From contig JAFZPB010000175.1 of the NCBI GenBank assembly GCA_017552595.1, forward strand, positions 1 through 35,194: a DNA stretch of 35,194 nucleotides. Direction: 5' to 3'. The notes under the pieces were generated by a model, which ran no database searches, had not been told where the DNA came from, and worked only from the letters and a program-made list of their open reading frames with translations. Positions 9,337 through 18,053 of this stretch are shown here, piece after piece. Made by a program: the position numbers and the translations under genes. This DNA comes from Muribaculaceae bacterium (lineage in GTDB: Bacteria > Bacteroidota > Bacteroidia > Bacteroidales > Muribaculaceae). The first letter of the stretch is position 1. Each line of letters opens with the position of its first letter.

Positions 9337-9761
9337 TGCTTCGGGGCGTTGAGGGTTTGACGCATTTCGCTGACAATCATAAGCATTTCATCATGGACGG
9401 CGGGCGGCAAGGCGATGTGCCGTAATTCGAGGCTTTTGTTCCACCCCGCAATGTCTTCAGGAAGGAGTGTGAGCAGGATGTCGCGAAATTGTTCGATGTC
9501 GTTGTCGGTATATGTGGCAGGGTCGGTGTCGGCAAGACGGTCGAGTTCCTCGTCGTCGTAATAGATGATTTTGCCCTCTTTGTCTACAGGAAGGTCTTTT
9601 TCGCAGACGAGGTGCATTCCGCAGCACACTTGCCCGGAAGCCGGAGTTTCTTCCTCCGGTTCGGCCTCATCTGGCTCGTTGCGCATTGACAGGCGGTGTG
9701 AAACGTAGAGAATCACACCCACCACTATCACAATACCCAAAAGAATCAACGCCCCAATCAT
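9333..9761 (-). CDS. Membrane-anchored hypothetical protein (142 aa) with a CCGMHLVC motif
   Basis: I chose the internal Met (MIGALILLGIVIVV...), which forms an ATGA overlap with the aroA stop (9758-9761). The 3' end forms a second ATGA overlap with the permease start (9333-9336). The protein has one TM helix, an acidic linker and a Cys cluster. Confidence 0.6.
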   Translation of the reverse strand: MIGALILLGIVIVVGVILYVSHRLSMRNEPDEAEPEEETPASGQVCCGMHLVCEKDLPVDKEGKIIYYDDEELDRLADTDPATYTDNDIEQFRDILLTLLPEDIAGWNKSLELRHIALPPAVHDEMLMIVSEMRQTLNAPKQ

Positions 9762-11044
9762 TCTTCCGTTTCCTCCTCGTTGTTGTTTTCTTCCTTGTCG
9801 GCGAGTGTAGTGGGGTCGACAAGTGTGAATCCCGCTTCGGTGAGATGATTCCAATAGTCGGGATAAGATTTTTTCACCACGTCTATGTCGCGTACAACTA
9901 TTCCCGGGGCGTAAATCGCTATCGGAGCGAGCGCCATCGCCATACGGTGGTCGTTGTAAGTGTCGAAAACGATAAAATTACTTTCGATAGGATGCCGTTC
10001 GCCGTCCCAAACGAGGGCGTCGTCATCGACATAGAGGTCGAAAGTGATTTTCTCCATTTCGGTGACGAGAGCCGCAAGACGGTCGGTTTCCTTGTCGCGA
10101 AGTGTGGAAAGCCCCGACAAACGGAAAGGGATGCCGAGCATGCATGCGGTCACGGCAAGCGGTTGGGCGAGGTCGGGATTGTCGCAGAGGTCGAGCGTCA
10201 GCCGGGCGTGCATTTCGGGCGAAGGTGCGACATGTAGCGCACCGTCGGCTTTTTCCGACTCCACACCGAGCATCTCGAAATATCGCATGGCTTCGCGGTC
10301 GCCTTGAAGCGAATCGGGCGAGAGGCGGTTGAGGTCGAATTCCGATGTTGATAAAGCGGCGATTTCCATCCAAAATGCCGCCGCGCTCCAGTCGGCATCA
10401 ACTGTGAACGTCGTCGGACGATATTTGCCTGCCGCCACAGTGACAAGATTTCCACCGGAGAAATCCACAGTCGCGCCAGCCTGCTCCATTAAGCGTTGAG
10501 TCATAACGATGTAGGGTGCGCTGACAACTTCTCCTGCAAGACGAAGGCGTAAACCATTCGTCATCTTCGGCGCAATCATCATAAGAGCCGAAACGAACTG
10601 CGAACTTACCGACGCATCGAGTTCGATTTCACCGCCCAAGAGTCGTTTGCCTTTTATTTTTAGTGGAGGGAAACCTTCCTCTCCTAAATATTCGATATCG
10701 GCACCGAGTTGTCGCAAAGCGTCAACGAGCGGACCGATAGGACGTTGGCGCATACGTTCCGAGCCGTCAATTACAACGGCATTTTCCGATTCGTTTTGGG
10801 CATAGAAAGCCGTAAGGAAACGCATAGCCGTACCAGCGGCGCCAACATTGATTTCTGTGCTTACTGGGTCGGCAAAAGCGTCGATGATAGCGCGGGTGTC
10901 GTCACATTCCGCAAGTTCAGGCAACGGAGCGGCATTGTCGGTAAGAGCGGAGATGATTAGGATGCGGTTGCTGACACTTTTCGACAGTGGAAGATTCACC
11001 GCGATTTCATTTATTTCCTCAGGGGGTAGAATGATATAGTCCAT
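9758..11044 (-). CDS. aroA: 3-phosphoshikimate 1-carboxyvinyltransferase (EPSP synthase)
   Basis: 428 aa. LPLSKSVSNRILIISAL, GAAGTAMRFLTA and DHRMAMALAP match EPSPS motifs. It ends in an acidic tail, KEENNNEEETEE. Confidence 0.92.
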   Translation of the reverse strand: MDYIILPPEEINEIAVNLPLSKSVSNRILIISALTDNAAPLPELAECDDTRAIIDAFADPVSTEINVGAAGTAMRFLTAFYAQNESENAVVIDGSERMRQRPIGPLVDALRQLGADIEYLGEEGFPPLKIKGKRLLGGEIELDASVSSQFVSALMMIAPKMTNGLRLRLAGEVVSAPYIVMTQRLMEQAGATVDFSGGNLVTVAAGKYRPTTFTVDADWSAAAFWMEIAALSTSEFDLNRLSPDSLQGDREAMRYFEMLGVESEKADGALHVAPSPEMHARLTLDLCDNPDLAQPLAVTACMLGIPFRLSGLSTLRDKETDRLAALVTEMEKITFDLYVDDDALVWDGERHPIESNFIVFDTYNDHRMAMALAPIAIYAPGIVVRDIDVVKKSYPDYWNHLTEAGFTLVDPTTLADKEENNNEEETEE

Positions 11045-11258
11045 TTCGACATTTGTTCGTTATTCACAAAGACATTCTCGGGCCAAAACCTTGACCCGCA
11101 GAAAACCATTTGCGAAGTTACAAAAAATCTTCCAAACCACCCAAGAGAGATAAATAAATTGGAAAACTATTCACTTTTTAGTGTTGTTTTTTTAGGTCAA
11201 AAATTCGGCAGGAGTGAATTTTAGGAGGGAAATACTTGCTCATTTGAGGAATATCACT

Positions 11259-11266
11259 TAATTTTG
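11259..11266 (+). promoter_or_regulatory. -7 box TAATTTTG upstream of the TPR gene
   Basis: Exact TAnnTTTG, 52 nt upstream of the ATG at 11319. Confidence 0.4.
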
Positions 11267-11318
11267 CAAGTCCTAACGGAAAATCGTAACGAAATAATAA
11301 TAAGACTACAACAATAAA

Positions 11319-12005
11319 ATGGCAAAGAAGAAAAAAGCAGAAGCCAACGTGGCTTCGATTGACAAGTTGAATGAGGACTTGACGAATGTAACCCGTAGGG
11401 TCGAAGAGAATAAAAAAACTATCGTGTGGATTGGCACCGGTATTCTCGCTATCGCCGTGCTCGTTCTCGCTTATATCAACTTTATCCACATCCCTGGCGT
11501 AGAAGAAGCAAACAACGCTCTTGGCCAAGTGGATTTGATGCAAATCAATGGCGCAAACGATTCTACTCTTATGGTCGAATACCAAAAGGTCGCCGACAAC
11601 TACGGACATGACGCAGGTAGCCTCGCCGCCCTCAAGGCTGGCAAACTTCTCTACAAGGCCGGCAAATATGAAGACGCTATCAAATACCTCAAGAAATACG
11701 ATACTCAAGAGGCAATCGTAGGTGCTTCTTCACAGGCTCTTATCGGCGACTGCTACGCCAACCTTAACAACCTCGACGAGGCCATCAATTATATGAAAAA
11801 GGCCGTCAAAGAGTCGAACGAAAACGAACTTTATACTCCCGTATATCTCGTAAAACTTGCTCACCTCTATCGTGCCCAAGAGAAATACGCCGACGAATAT
11901 GATGCCTACAACGAAATCAAGACGAAGTACCCCAACTTCGGTCAGGCATATCAACTCGACGTAGAAAAATACCTCGAACGCGCACGCATTCAGGCAGGCA
12001 AATAA
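11319..12005 (+). CDS. Membrane-anchored tetratricopeptide-repeat protein (YfgM-like)
   Basis: 228 aa. It has a basic N-terminus and one TM helix (IVWIGTGILAIAVLVLAYI), then TPR-like repeats (GKYEDAIKYLKKY, LNNLDEAINYMKKAV). Confidence 0.75.
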   Translation: MAKKKKAEANVASIDKLNEDLTNVTRRVEENKKTIVWIGTGILAIAVLVLAYINFIHIPGVEEANNALGQVDLMQINGANDSTLMVEYQKVADNYGHDAGSLAALKAGKLLYKAGKYEDAIKYLKKYDTQEAIVGASSQALIGDCYANLNNLDEAINYMKKAVKESNENELYTPVYLVKLAHLYRAQEKYADEYDAYNEIKTKYPNFGQAYQLDVEKYLERARIQAGK

Positions 12006-12025
12006 TCATCTTTGATTGTGTTTTT

Positions 12026-12059
12026 ACGGTCGCCGTCAATCGATGGCGACCGTTTTTTT
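12026..12059 (+). terminator. Rho-independent terminator
   Basis: Perfect 9-bp stem ACGGTCGCC / GGCGACCGT with a 10-nt loop, followed by a run of 6 T. Confidence 0.75.
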
Positions 12060-12060
12060 G

Positions 12061-13272
12061 TTATCCGAGCATGGGGGCGATGCGGCGAAGGGCGGCGATA
12101 AATAGGTCGATTTCTTCGCGTGTGTTATAGACGGCGAAAGAGGCACGGACTGTGCCGGTAATGCCGAGCCGCTCCATTAGTGGTTGTGCGCAATGATGGC
12201 CTGTGCGCACTTCAATGCCGAGTTTGTCGAGCAATGTGCCAGCATCGAATGAGTTACCCCCGTGAAGCAGGAACGACAATACGGCGCTTTTTTCTTTGGC
12301 TGTGCCATAGATTTTGACGCCTTCAATCTGCGAAATCTGTTCGGTGGCGTAGTTGAGCAATTCTCGCTCGTGTGCGGAAATGTTTTTCACACCAATGGTT
12401 TCCATAAACTCAATAGCCTTGGCGAAAGCGGCTATGCCTACGAAGTTAGGGGTGCCTGCCTCGAATTTATAAGGCAAGTCGGCGAAGGTGGTTTTGTCGA
12501 ACGAAACATGGTCGATCATCGCACCGCCGCCGCGGTAAGGCGACATTCGACGAAGACGGTCGCGTTTGCCGTAAAGCACCCCGACGCCTGTCGGACCGTA
12601 CATCTTGTGGGCGGAAAATGCGTAGAAATCGGCGTCAAGGTCGCGGACATCCACATCTAAATGCCCAACGGCTTGTGCCCCGTCAACCAAAACGGGCACT
12701 CCCCAACGATGCGCTTCAGCAATCATTTCCTTTATAGGATTGATTGTTCCCAACACGTTAGAGGCGTGAGCAATCGACACAAAGCGTGTGTGTTCGGTGA
12801 ACATATTGCGGTAGGCGTCGAGGTCGAGGCTGCCATCACTGAGTAGTGGCACTACTTTCAGCCGCAATCGGCGGAAACGGCCCGCAAGTTGCCACGGTAC
12901 GATGTTGGAATGGTGCTCGGCTGCGGTCAGGATAATCTCGTCGCCGTTTTCGAAAGTTTCGGTGAGCGAAGACGCCACGAGGTTTATGGAATCAGTGGTG
13001 CCCGACGTGAAAATGACTTCTTCCGTCGAAGTGGCGTTGATAAAACGGGCGACGGCTTCGCGAGTACGTTCGATAGATGCTGTGGCCATCTGCGACATCG
13101 TGTGAACTCCACGATGTACGTTGGCGCGTTCCTCGTGCTCCATTCGCAGGTATTCGTCGGTCACTGATAAGGGCGACTGAGTGGTGGCGGCGTTGTCGAA
13201 ATAAACGAGCCGATGTCCGTAAAGTTCGCGGTCAAGTTGCGGAAATTGTTTTCTTATATCCTTGTCAATCAT
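12061..13272 (-). CDS. sufS: Cysteine desulfurase, SufS subfamily
   Basis: 403 aa. It has a PLP-lysine context (FSAHKMYGPTGVG) and the active-site region RTGHHCAQP. It is the last gene of the suf cluster. Confidence 0.92.
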   Translation of the reverse strand: MIDKDIRKQFPQLDRELYGHRLVYFDNAATTQSPLSVTDEYLRMEHEERANVHRGVHTMSQMATASIERTREAVARFINATSTEEVIFTSGTTDSINLVASSLTETFENGDEIILTAAEHHSNIVPWQLAGRFRRLRLKVVPLLSDGSLDLDAYRNMFTEHTRFVSIAHASNVLGTINPIKEMIAEAHRWGVPVLVDGAQAVGHLDVDVRDLDADFYAFSAHKMYGPTGVGVLYGKRDRLRRMSPYRGGGAMIDHVSFDKTTFADLPYKFEAGTPNFVGIAAFAKAIEFMETIGVKNISAHERELLNYATEQISQIEGVKIYGTAKEKSAVLSFLLHGGNSFDAGTLLDKLGIEVRTGHHCAQPLMERLGITGTVRASFAVYNTREEIDLFIAALRRIAPMLG

Positions 13273-14556
13273 TTATTTTCTATTCAGAGTGTCGCAACCC
13301 ATTCGACAGTTGTCGCAAGGGCGCGAACTGCGTTTATACAATCTGTTTTCAACGAGCAGGCGGAGACGGTCGCGAAGGGGCTGATACTTTACAGCATCGA
13401 CTACGTCGCCCACGAAAGCCTGCGTCAACATCGTTCGTGCCACATTTTCAGGAATGCCGCGTTGGCGCATATAGAACAATGCCGATTCATCGAGTTGGCC
13501 TGTTGAAGCACCGTGGCTACACTTCACGTCATCGTTGTAAATCAGCAACTGCGGTTCGCTGAGCATTCGTGCGTCACGTGAAACCAATATGTTTTTGTTC
13601 GACTGGTAAGCCTCGGTGAAACGTGCCACTTCCCAAACGAAAATTTCGCCATAGAATGTGCCATGTGATTTCTCGTCAAGCACATATTTGAAGTTCTGAT
13701 TAGAGCGGCAATGACGCGAAAGGTGGTTGACGAAGGTCGAATTGCCGATACGTTGATTACCGTCGCCGATGACGAAACCGTTAATCCTCGCTTCTGAATT
13801 GTCGCTTTCGAAGTCGAGGTCGTAGATATTTATCGAATTTCCGGCCGATAACGAAAGCGAATAAAGGTTGAAATCGCAGCGGCGTTTAAGTTTCACTTTC
13901 AATTCGTTGAGGCGAGCCACGTTGTCGGAGGTGTCAGTGATATCGTAGAGTTCGAGGTGTGCGTCGTCGTTGAGGAAAACATCGACGAACTGCGACGAGA
14001 GATAGCGGTGGTCGGCATCCGCTGTCGTGTCGTTGAAAATTATTTTTGCTTCCGCGCCTCCGCCGACTTCTATGAAAATCCTTCGGAAAGTCGCCAAATC
14101 GACGGCTGCCGACAGTATGTTGTTGATTTGTAACGGATGTTCGAGTTTCGCTCCTCCTTCAATCGATATGTGGAGCACTTTCTGCGAGAACACACGATTG
14201 AAATGCGACAGAGAATGATATGCGTTAAGTCCGAACGGGAAAGTGTCGGCATCATAAACGGCGACTTTCACCTTGCCGTCGAACAGCGAGGCCGGAACAT
14301 AGTAAGTGTCGTTTACACACGTGATTATTGCCGATGAATAGTCGGGAATATCGCGTCGTACTAAGGCTGGCTGACGGGGCGACTTCACTCCGTTGAGATT
14401 TACCCCATAGTCGGGCTTCATCATTTCCGCCAAATCGTTGGCAAACCGACGCAGATTTCGGACGGCTTTGAGAAAATCCTCAAAGATGTCGGCTTTGCCT
14501 TCGAAAAAGTCGGGGTTGGCCTTGTGAAGGTCGATGAATTGTTGGAAGGGGTTCAT
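13273..14556 (-). CDS. sufD: Fe-S cluster assembly protein SufD
   Basis: 427 aa. The C-terminal region (DDVKCSHGASTGQLDE..LFYMRQRGI) is typical of SufB/SufD. It sits between sufC and sufS, with an ATGA overlap to sufC. Confidence 0.9.
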   Translation of the reverse strand: MNPFQQFIDLHKANPDFFEGKADIFEDFLKAVRNLRRFANDLAEMMKPDYGVNLNGVKSPRQPALVRRDIPDYSSAIITCVNDTYYVPASLFDGKVKVAVYDADTFPFGLNAYHSLSHFNRVFSQKVLHISIEGGAKLEHPLQINNILSAAVDLATFRRIFIEVGGGAEAKIIFNDTTADADHRYLSSQFVDVFLNDDAHLELYDITDTSDNVARLNELKVKLKRRCDFNLYSLSLSAGNSINIYDLDFESDNSEARINGFVIGDGNQRIGNSTFVNHLSRHCRSNQNFKYVLDEKSHGTFYGEIFVWEVARFTEAYQSNKNILVSRDARMLSEPQLLIYNDDVKCSHGASTGQLDESALFYMRQRGIPENVARTMLTQAFVGDVVDAVKYQPLRDRLRLLVENRLYKRSSRPCDNCRMGCDTLNRK

Positions 14557-15338
14557 TCGGCAGAGACGTTGTCGTATTTACGTTTGATTTCATCGTAGCC
14601 CTGCTCTTCAAGGTGGAGAGCAAGTTCGGGCCCGCCAGATTCGACGATGCGGCCTTTATAGAGAATGTGGACGTAGTCGGGGCGGATATAGTCGAGAAGT
14701 CGCTGATAGTGGGTGATGACAATGGTGGCGTTGTCGTCGGTTTTCAGTTTGTTGACGCCTTCAGCCACTATGCGCAGTGCGTCGATGTCAAGTCCCGAGT
14801 CGGTTTCGTCGAGAATGGCAAGACGCGGTTCGAGCATCGCCATTTGGAAAATCTCGTTGCGTTTTTTCTCTCCACCGGAAAATCCCTCGTTGACCGAGCG
14901 CGACGCAAGTTTGTTGTCAAGTTCAACCACAGCGCGTTTTTCTCGCATAAGCCGAAGAAAATCACTTGCAGAAATCGGCTCTTCGCCAAGATATTTACGT
15001 TTCTCGTTAAGGGCTGCTCGCATGAAATTCACCATCGACACCCCGGGGATTTCCACAGGATATTGAAATGACAGGAATAGACCTTCATGGGCACGGTTTT
15101 CAGGCGAGAGGGCGAACAAGTCTTTGCCGTTGAATGTGGCAGTGCCGGCATCGACCGAAAATGCCGGATTCCCTGTCAACACAGCCGACAAAGTGGATTT
15201 CCCCGAACCGTTCGGGCCCATAATCGCGTGGACTTCGCCTTTGCGGATTGTAAGGTCAACGCCTTTCAAAATCTCTTTGCCTTCGACCGAGGCTCTCAGG
15301 CCGGTCACTTGAAGCAATATCTCTTTTTCGTTTGCCAT
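14553..15338 (-). CDS. sufC: Fe-S cluster assembly ATPase SufC
   Basis: 261 aa. Walker A is GPNGSGKST, the ABC signature is FSGGEKKRNE, and Walker B is LAILDETDSGLD. Confidence 0.95.
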   Translation of the reverse strand: MANEKEILLQVTGLRASVEGKEILKGVDLTIRKGEVHAIMGPNGSGKSTLSAVLTGNPAFSVDAGTATFNGKDLFALSPENRAHEGLFLSFQYPVEIPGVSMVNFMRAALNEKRKYLGEEPISASDFLRLMREKRAVVELDNKLASRSVNEGFSGGEKKRNEIFQMAMLEPRLAILDETDSGLDIDALRIVAEGVNKLKTDDNATIVITHYQRLLDYIRPDYVHILYKGRIVESGGPELALHLEEQGYDEIKRKYDNVSAE

Positions 15339-15353
15339 ATTTATGTCATATTG

Positions 15354-16820
15354 TTATCCGACGGAGCCTTCAAGGGTGATTTGCAGCAATCGCTGCGCCT
15401 CGACGGCAAACTCCATCGGAAGTTTGTTCATCACTTCTTTTGCATATCCGTTGACAATCAGTCCGACGGCCTCCTCCGTGGGAATGCCGCGCTGATTGCA
15501 ATAGAAAATCTGGTCCTCGTTGATTTTCGATGTTGTTGCCTCGTGCTCAACAATGGCCGTGGGATTGTCGATTTCCATAACTGGAAAGGTGTGGGCTCCG
15601 CATGTCGATGAAAGCAACAACGAGTCACACTGGGTGTAGTTGCGGCAATTATCCGCTTTCGGCACAATCATAACGAGGCCTCTATAGGAGTTCTCGCTAT
15701 GCCCCGCCGAAATGCCTTTCGACACGATAGTGCTACGCGTGTTACGGCCGATGTGAATCATTTTCGTGCCGGTGTCGGCCTGCTGATAGTTGCGTGTGAC
15801 TGCAACGGAATAGAACTCGCCCACGGAATTGTCGCCTGCAAGAACGCAACTCGGATATTTCCAAGTGATTGCCGAACCGGTTTCGACCTGTGTCCATGAG
15901 AGTTTCGAACTTTCGCCGCGGCACAAACCGCGTTTTGTCACAAGGTTGTAAACACCGCCGCGACCTTCTGCATCGCCCGCCCACCAGTTCTGCACTGTCG
16001 AATATTTCACTTCGGCGCGGTCCTCAACCACGATTTCGACTATGGCGGCGTGGAGTTGGTTTTCGTCGCGCATAGGGGCGGTGCAGCCTTCGAGATAACT
16101 GACATAGGAATCGTCGTCGGCAACTATTAGCGTGCGTTCGAATTGGCCTGTGCCTTGGGCGTTGATGCGGAAATATGTTGAAAGTTCCATCGGGCAACAC
16201 ACGCCCTTGGGAATATAGACGAACGAGCCGTCGGAGAACACCGCCGAGTTGAGAGCGGCATAGAAGTTGTCGCGATAACTGACGACACTGCCCAAATAGC
16301 GGCGCACAAGGTCGGGATAGTCCTTAACCGCTTCGGAAATCGAGCAGAAAATCACACCCAATTCGGCCAATTTTTCGCGGTGGGTAGTCTTTACCGAAAC
16401 GGAGTCCATAACGGCATCTACGGCCATTCCCGAGAGCACTTTTTGCTCTTCGAGGGGAATGCCGAGGCGGTTGAAAGTGGCGAGAATTTGGGGGTCAACT
16501 TCGTCAAGGCTTTTCGGCCCTTCTTTCTTCACAGGCGCGGCATAATAGGAAATGGCCTGAAGGTCGATATCGGGGATTTTGATATGAGCCCACTTCGGCT
16601 GCTTCAGTGTCAGCAAATGGCGATATGCCTTAAGCCTGAAATCGAGCAACCACTCCGGCTCGCCTTTTTTTGCGGATATAAGCCTTACGACTTCTTCGTT
16701 CAGTCCACGGGGAATCACCTCCGTGTCGATATCGGTGGTAAAGCCGTACTTATAGTCGGAGTTTGTCGCTTCTTTGATAATGTCGTCGCTGTCGTTAATA
16801 TTCCTTCTTTCGTTGTTCAT
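15354..16820 (-). CDS. sufB: Fe-S cluster assembly protein SufB
   Basis: I trimmed the start to Met64 of the tracked ORF ([27 protein letters not shown]...). The upstream 63 codons overlap cvpA and are Arg-rich junk. The SufB core motifs are present. Confidence 0.93.
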   Translation of the reverse strand: MNNERRNINDSDDIIKEATNSDYKYGFTTDIDTEVIPRGLNEEVVRLISAKKGEPEWLLDFRLKAYRHLLTLKQPKWAHIKIPDIDLQAISYYAAPVKKEGPKSLDEVDPQILATFNRLGIPLEEQKVLSGMAVDAVMDSVSVKTTHREKLAELGVIFCSISEAVKDYPDLVRRYLGSVVSYRDNFYAALNSAVFSDGSFVYIPKGVCCPMELSTYFRINAQGTGQFERTLIVADDDSYVSYLEGCTAPMRDENQLHAAIVEIVVEDRAEVKYSTVQNWWAGDAEGRGGVYNLVTKRGLCRGESSKLSWTQVETGSAITWKYPSCVLAGDNSVGEFYSVAVTRNYQQADTGTKMIHIGRNTRSTIVSKGISAGHSENSYRGLVMIVPKADNCRNYTQCDSLLLSSTCGAHTFPVMEIDNPTAIVEHEATTSKINEDQIFYCNQRGIPTEEAVGLIVNGYAKEVMNKLPMEFAVEAQRLLQITLEGSVG

Positions 16821-16822
16821 TG

Positions 16823-17356
16823 TTATAGACAGGCGATTGTTTCTGTTGTTTCGGCTGTATTGTCGCGCACCCAGCCGAGAGTGTTGGGGGCAAGGTCGAG
16901 AACGGCTTGAATAACGTCGCCACCGGCAAGCGATGATTCGTCGAGCAGACTTTCCGAGGTGAAGAATGTGGCATAGAGATTCAATGCGAAACTCAGCACC
17001 AGGGTCCATTTGAACGCCGTGAACAATCCTCCGGCAATTCTGTCAATGGCCTTCAGATGAAACTTCTTCAACACCGTCGACATCAACTTTGCCAATAGAC
17101 GGACAGCGACATATACGATGATAAATAAAAGTATCACACTGACTACCCGCGTGGTGTATGTCGGCGAAAAAATCTTTTGTGACAAGTCGCCTACAGCCCC
17201 GCCGAACAACTGGCACACCAATATGCCGAGCACTATGCCGCCGAGACTGCCGAGTTGGCTCAATATGCCTTTGTAAAAACCATAGGCAAGGCCTCCGAAA
17301 AACACTATCAATATTAAAACGTCGAGTAAACTCACAGATATTCTATTTTTCCACAA
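16823..17356 (-). CDS. cvpA: CvpA family membrane protein (start codon uncertain: TTG at 17356 or GTG at 17335)
   Basis: Polytopic hydrophobic protein; [22 protein letters not shown] resembles CvpA N-termini. There is no in-frame ATG near the 5' end. A TATTTTTG -7-like box lies on the minus strand at 17354-17361. It overlaps the TTG start, which favours GTG at 17335. Confidence 0.7.
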   Translation of the reverse strand: MWKNRISVSLLDVLILIVFFGGLAYGFYKGILSQLGSLGGIVLGILVCQLFGGAVGDLSQKIFSPTYTTRVVSVILLFIIVYVAVRLLAKLMSTVLKKFHLKAIDRIAGGLFTAFKWTLVLSFALNLYATFFTSESLLDESSLAGGDVIQAVLDLAPNTLGWVRDNTAETTETIACL

Positions 17357-17412
17357 AAATACAAAAATTCATCAAGAAAAGAGCAATGACGGACAACATT
17401 TATGTCACGACA

Positions 17413-17637
17413 TCAGGGTACGGGGTCGTAACCGCTACCGCCCCACGGGTTGCATCGCAGGATTCGTTTTATCGCGAGCCATAGGCCCTTGACGGGACCG
17501 TGCTTTTGGATGGCTTCGATTGCATAGTGGCTACAGGTGGGCGTGAAACGGCACACCGGCGGCGTATAGGGCGAAATCGCCCGTTGATAAAATTTTATCG
17601 GTGCGATAAGAATCCGTATGAAAAACCGGCGAATCAT
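17413..17637 (-). CDS. yidD: Membrane protein insertion efficiency factor YidD
   Basis: 74 aa. [31 protein letters not shown] is the canonical YidD motif. It has an ATGA overlap with rnpA. Confidence 0.9.
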   Translation of the reverse strand: MIRRFFIRILIAPIKFYQRAISPYTPPVCRFTPTCSHYAIEAIQKHGPVKGLWLAIKRILRCNPWGGSGYDPVP

Positions 17638-18011
17638 TCTTCTTTCGTTTGTGAAATTTCGGATAATAGACGGCGCATTGCCTTGTGGATAGATGATGAC
17701 GGCAAAACGCTGTCGGCGAGATATATAAAAGCGATGTCGATTGGACTCTCGACTTTGATGAGGTCGCGGTTGAGACGATAGCCTTCACGGACGCGACGAC
17801 GCACAGCCACGCGGTCGACTGCATGGCGAAGACGTCGCTTCGGCACGGAAATCAAAAATTGCGCTTTTATGTCGGGGTGGGTGTCGGCAGTGCGCCACAC
17901 GGCACGAAGAGGATAAGCGATGGCCTTGCCGCCGTCAAGACCTTCGAAAAGGGCATTGATGGCGATTTTGCTGCATAATTTTTCGCGCTTGTAAAGTCGT
18001 AATCCGGTCAT
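17634..18011 (-). CDS. rnpA: Ribonuclease P protein component
   Basis: 125 aa and basic. [23 protein letters not shown] matches the RNR-like motif of RnpA. It is adjacent to yidD. Confidence 0.88.
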   Translation of the reverse strand: MTGLRLYKREKLCSKIAINALFEGLDGGKAIAYPLRAVWRTADTHPDIKAQFLISVPKRRLRHAVDRVAVRRRVREGYRLNRDLIKVESPIDIAFIYLADSVLPSSSIHKAMRRLLSEISQTKEE

Positions 18012-18053
18012 CGGTGAATAATTTTGTCGCCACTATGCTTATCGTGGTAGCGG

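Noticed and set aside
8519-9376. 285-aa minus-strand ORF overlapping the permease in another frame
   Set aside because: The translation is Arg/His/Pro-rich nonsense. The alternative frame gives a typical polytopic ABC-3 permease.
9762-9854. 31-codon extension of the small membrane protein ORF
   Set aside because: It lies inside aroA. The internal Met gives an ATGA overlap with the aroA stop and starts directly at the TM helix.
11178-11708. 176-aa minus-strand ORF
   Set aside because: It is antisense to the TPR protein gene and crosses that gene's promoter. The plus-strand gene has a coherent TM-plus-TPR architecture.
16821-17009. 63-codon N-terminal extension of the sufB ORF
   Set aside because: It overlaps the cvpA coding region and is Arg/Ser-rich. 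A canonical SufB N-terminus begins at the internal Met (16820), 2 nt after the cvpA stop.
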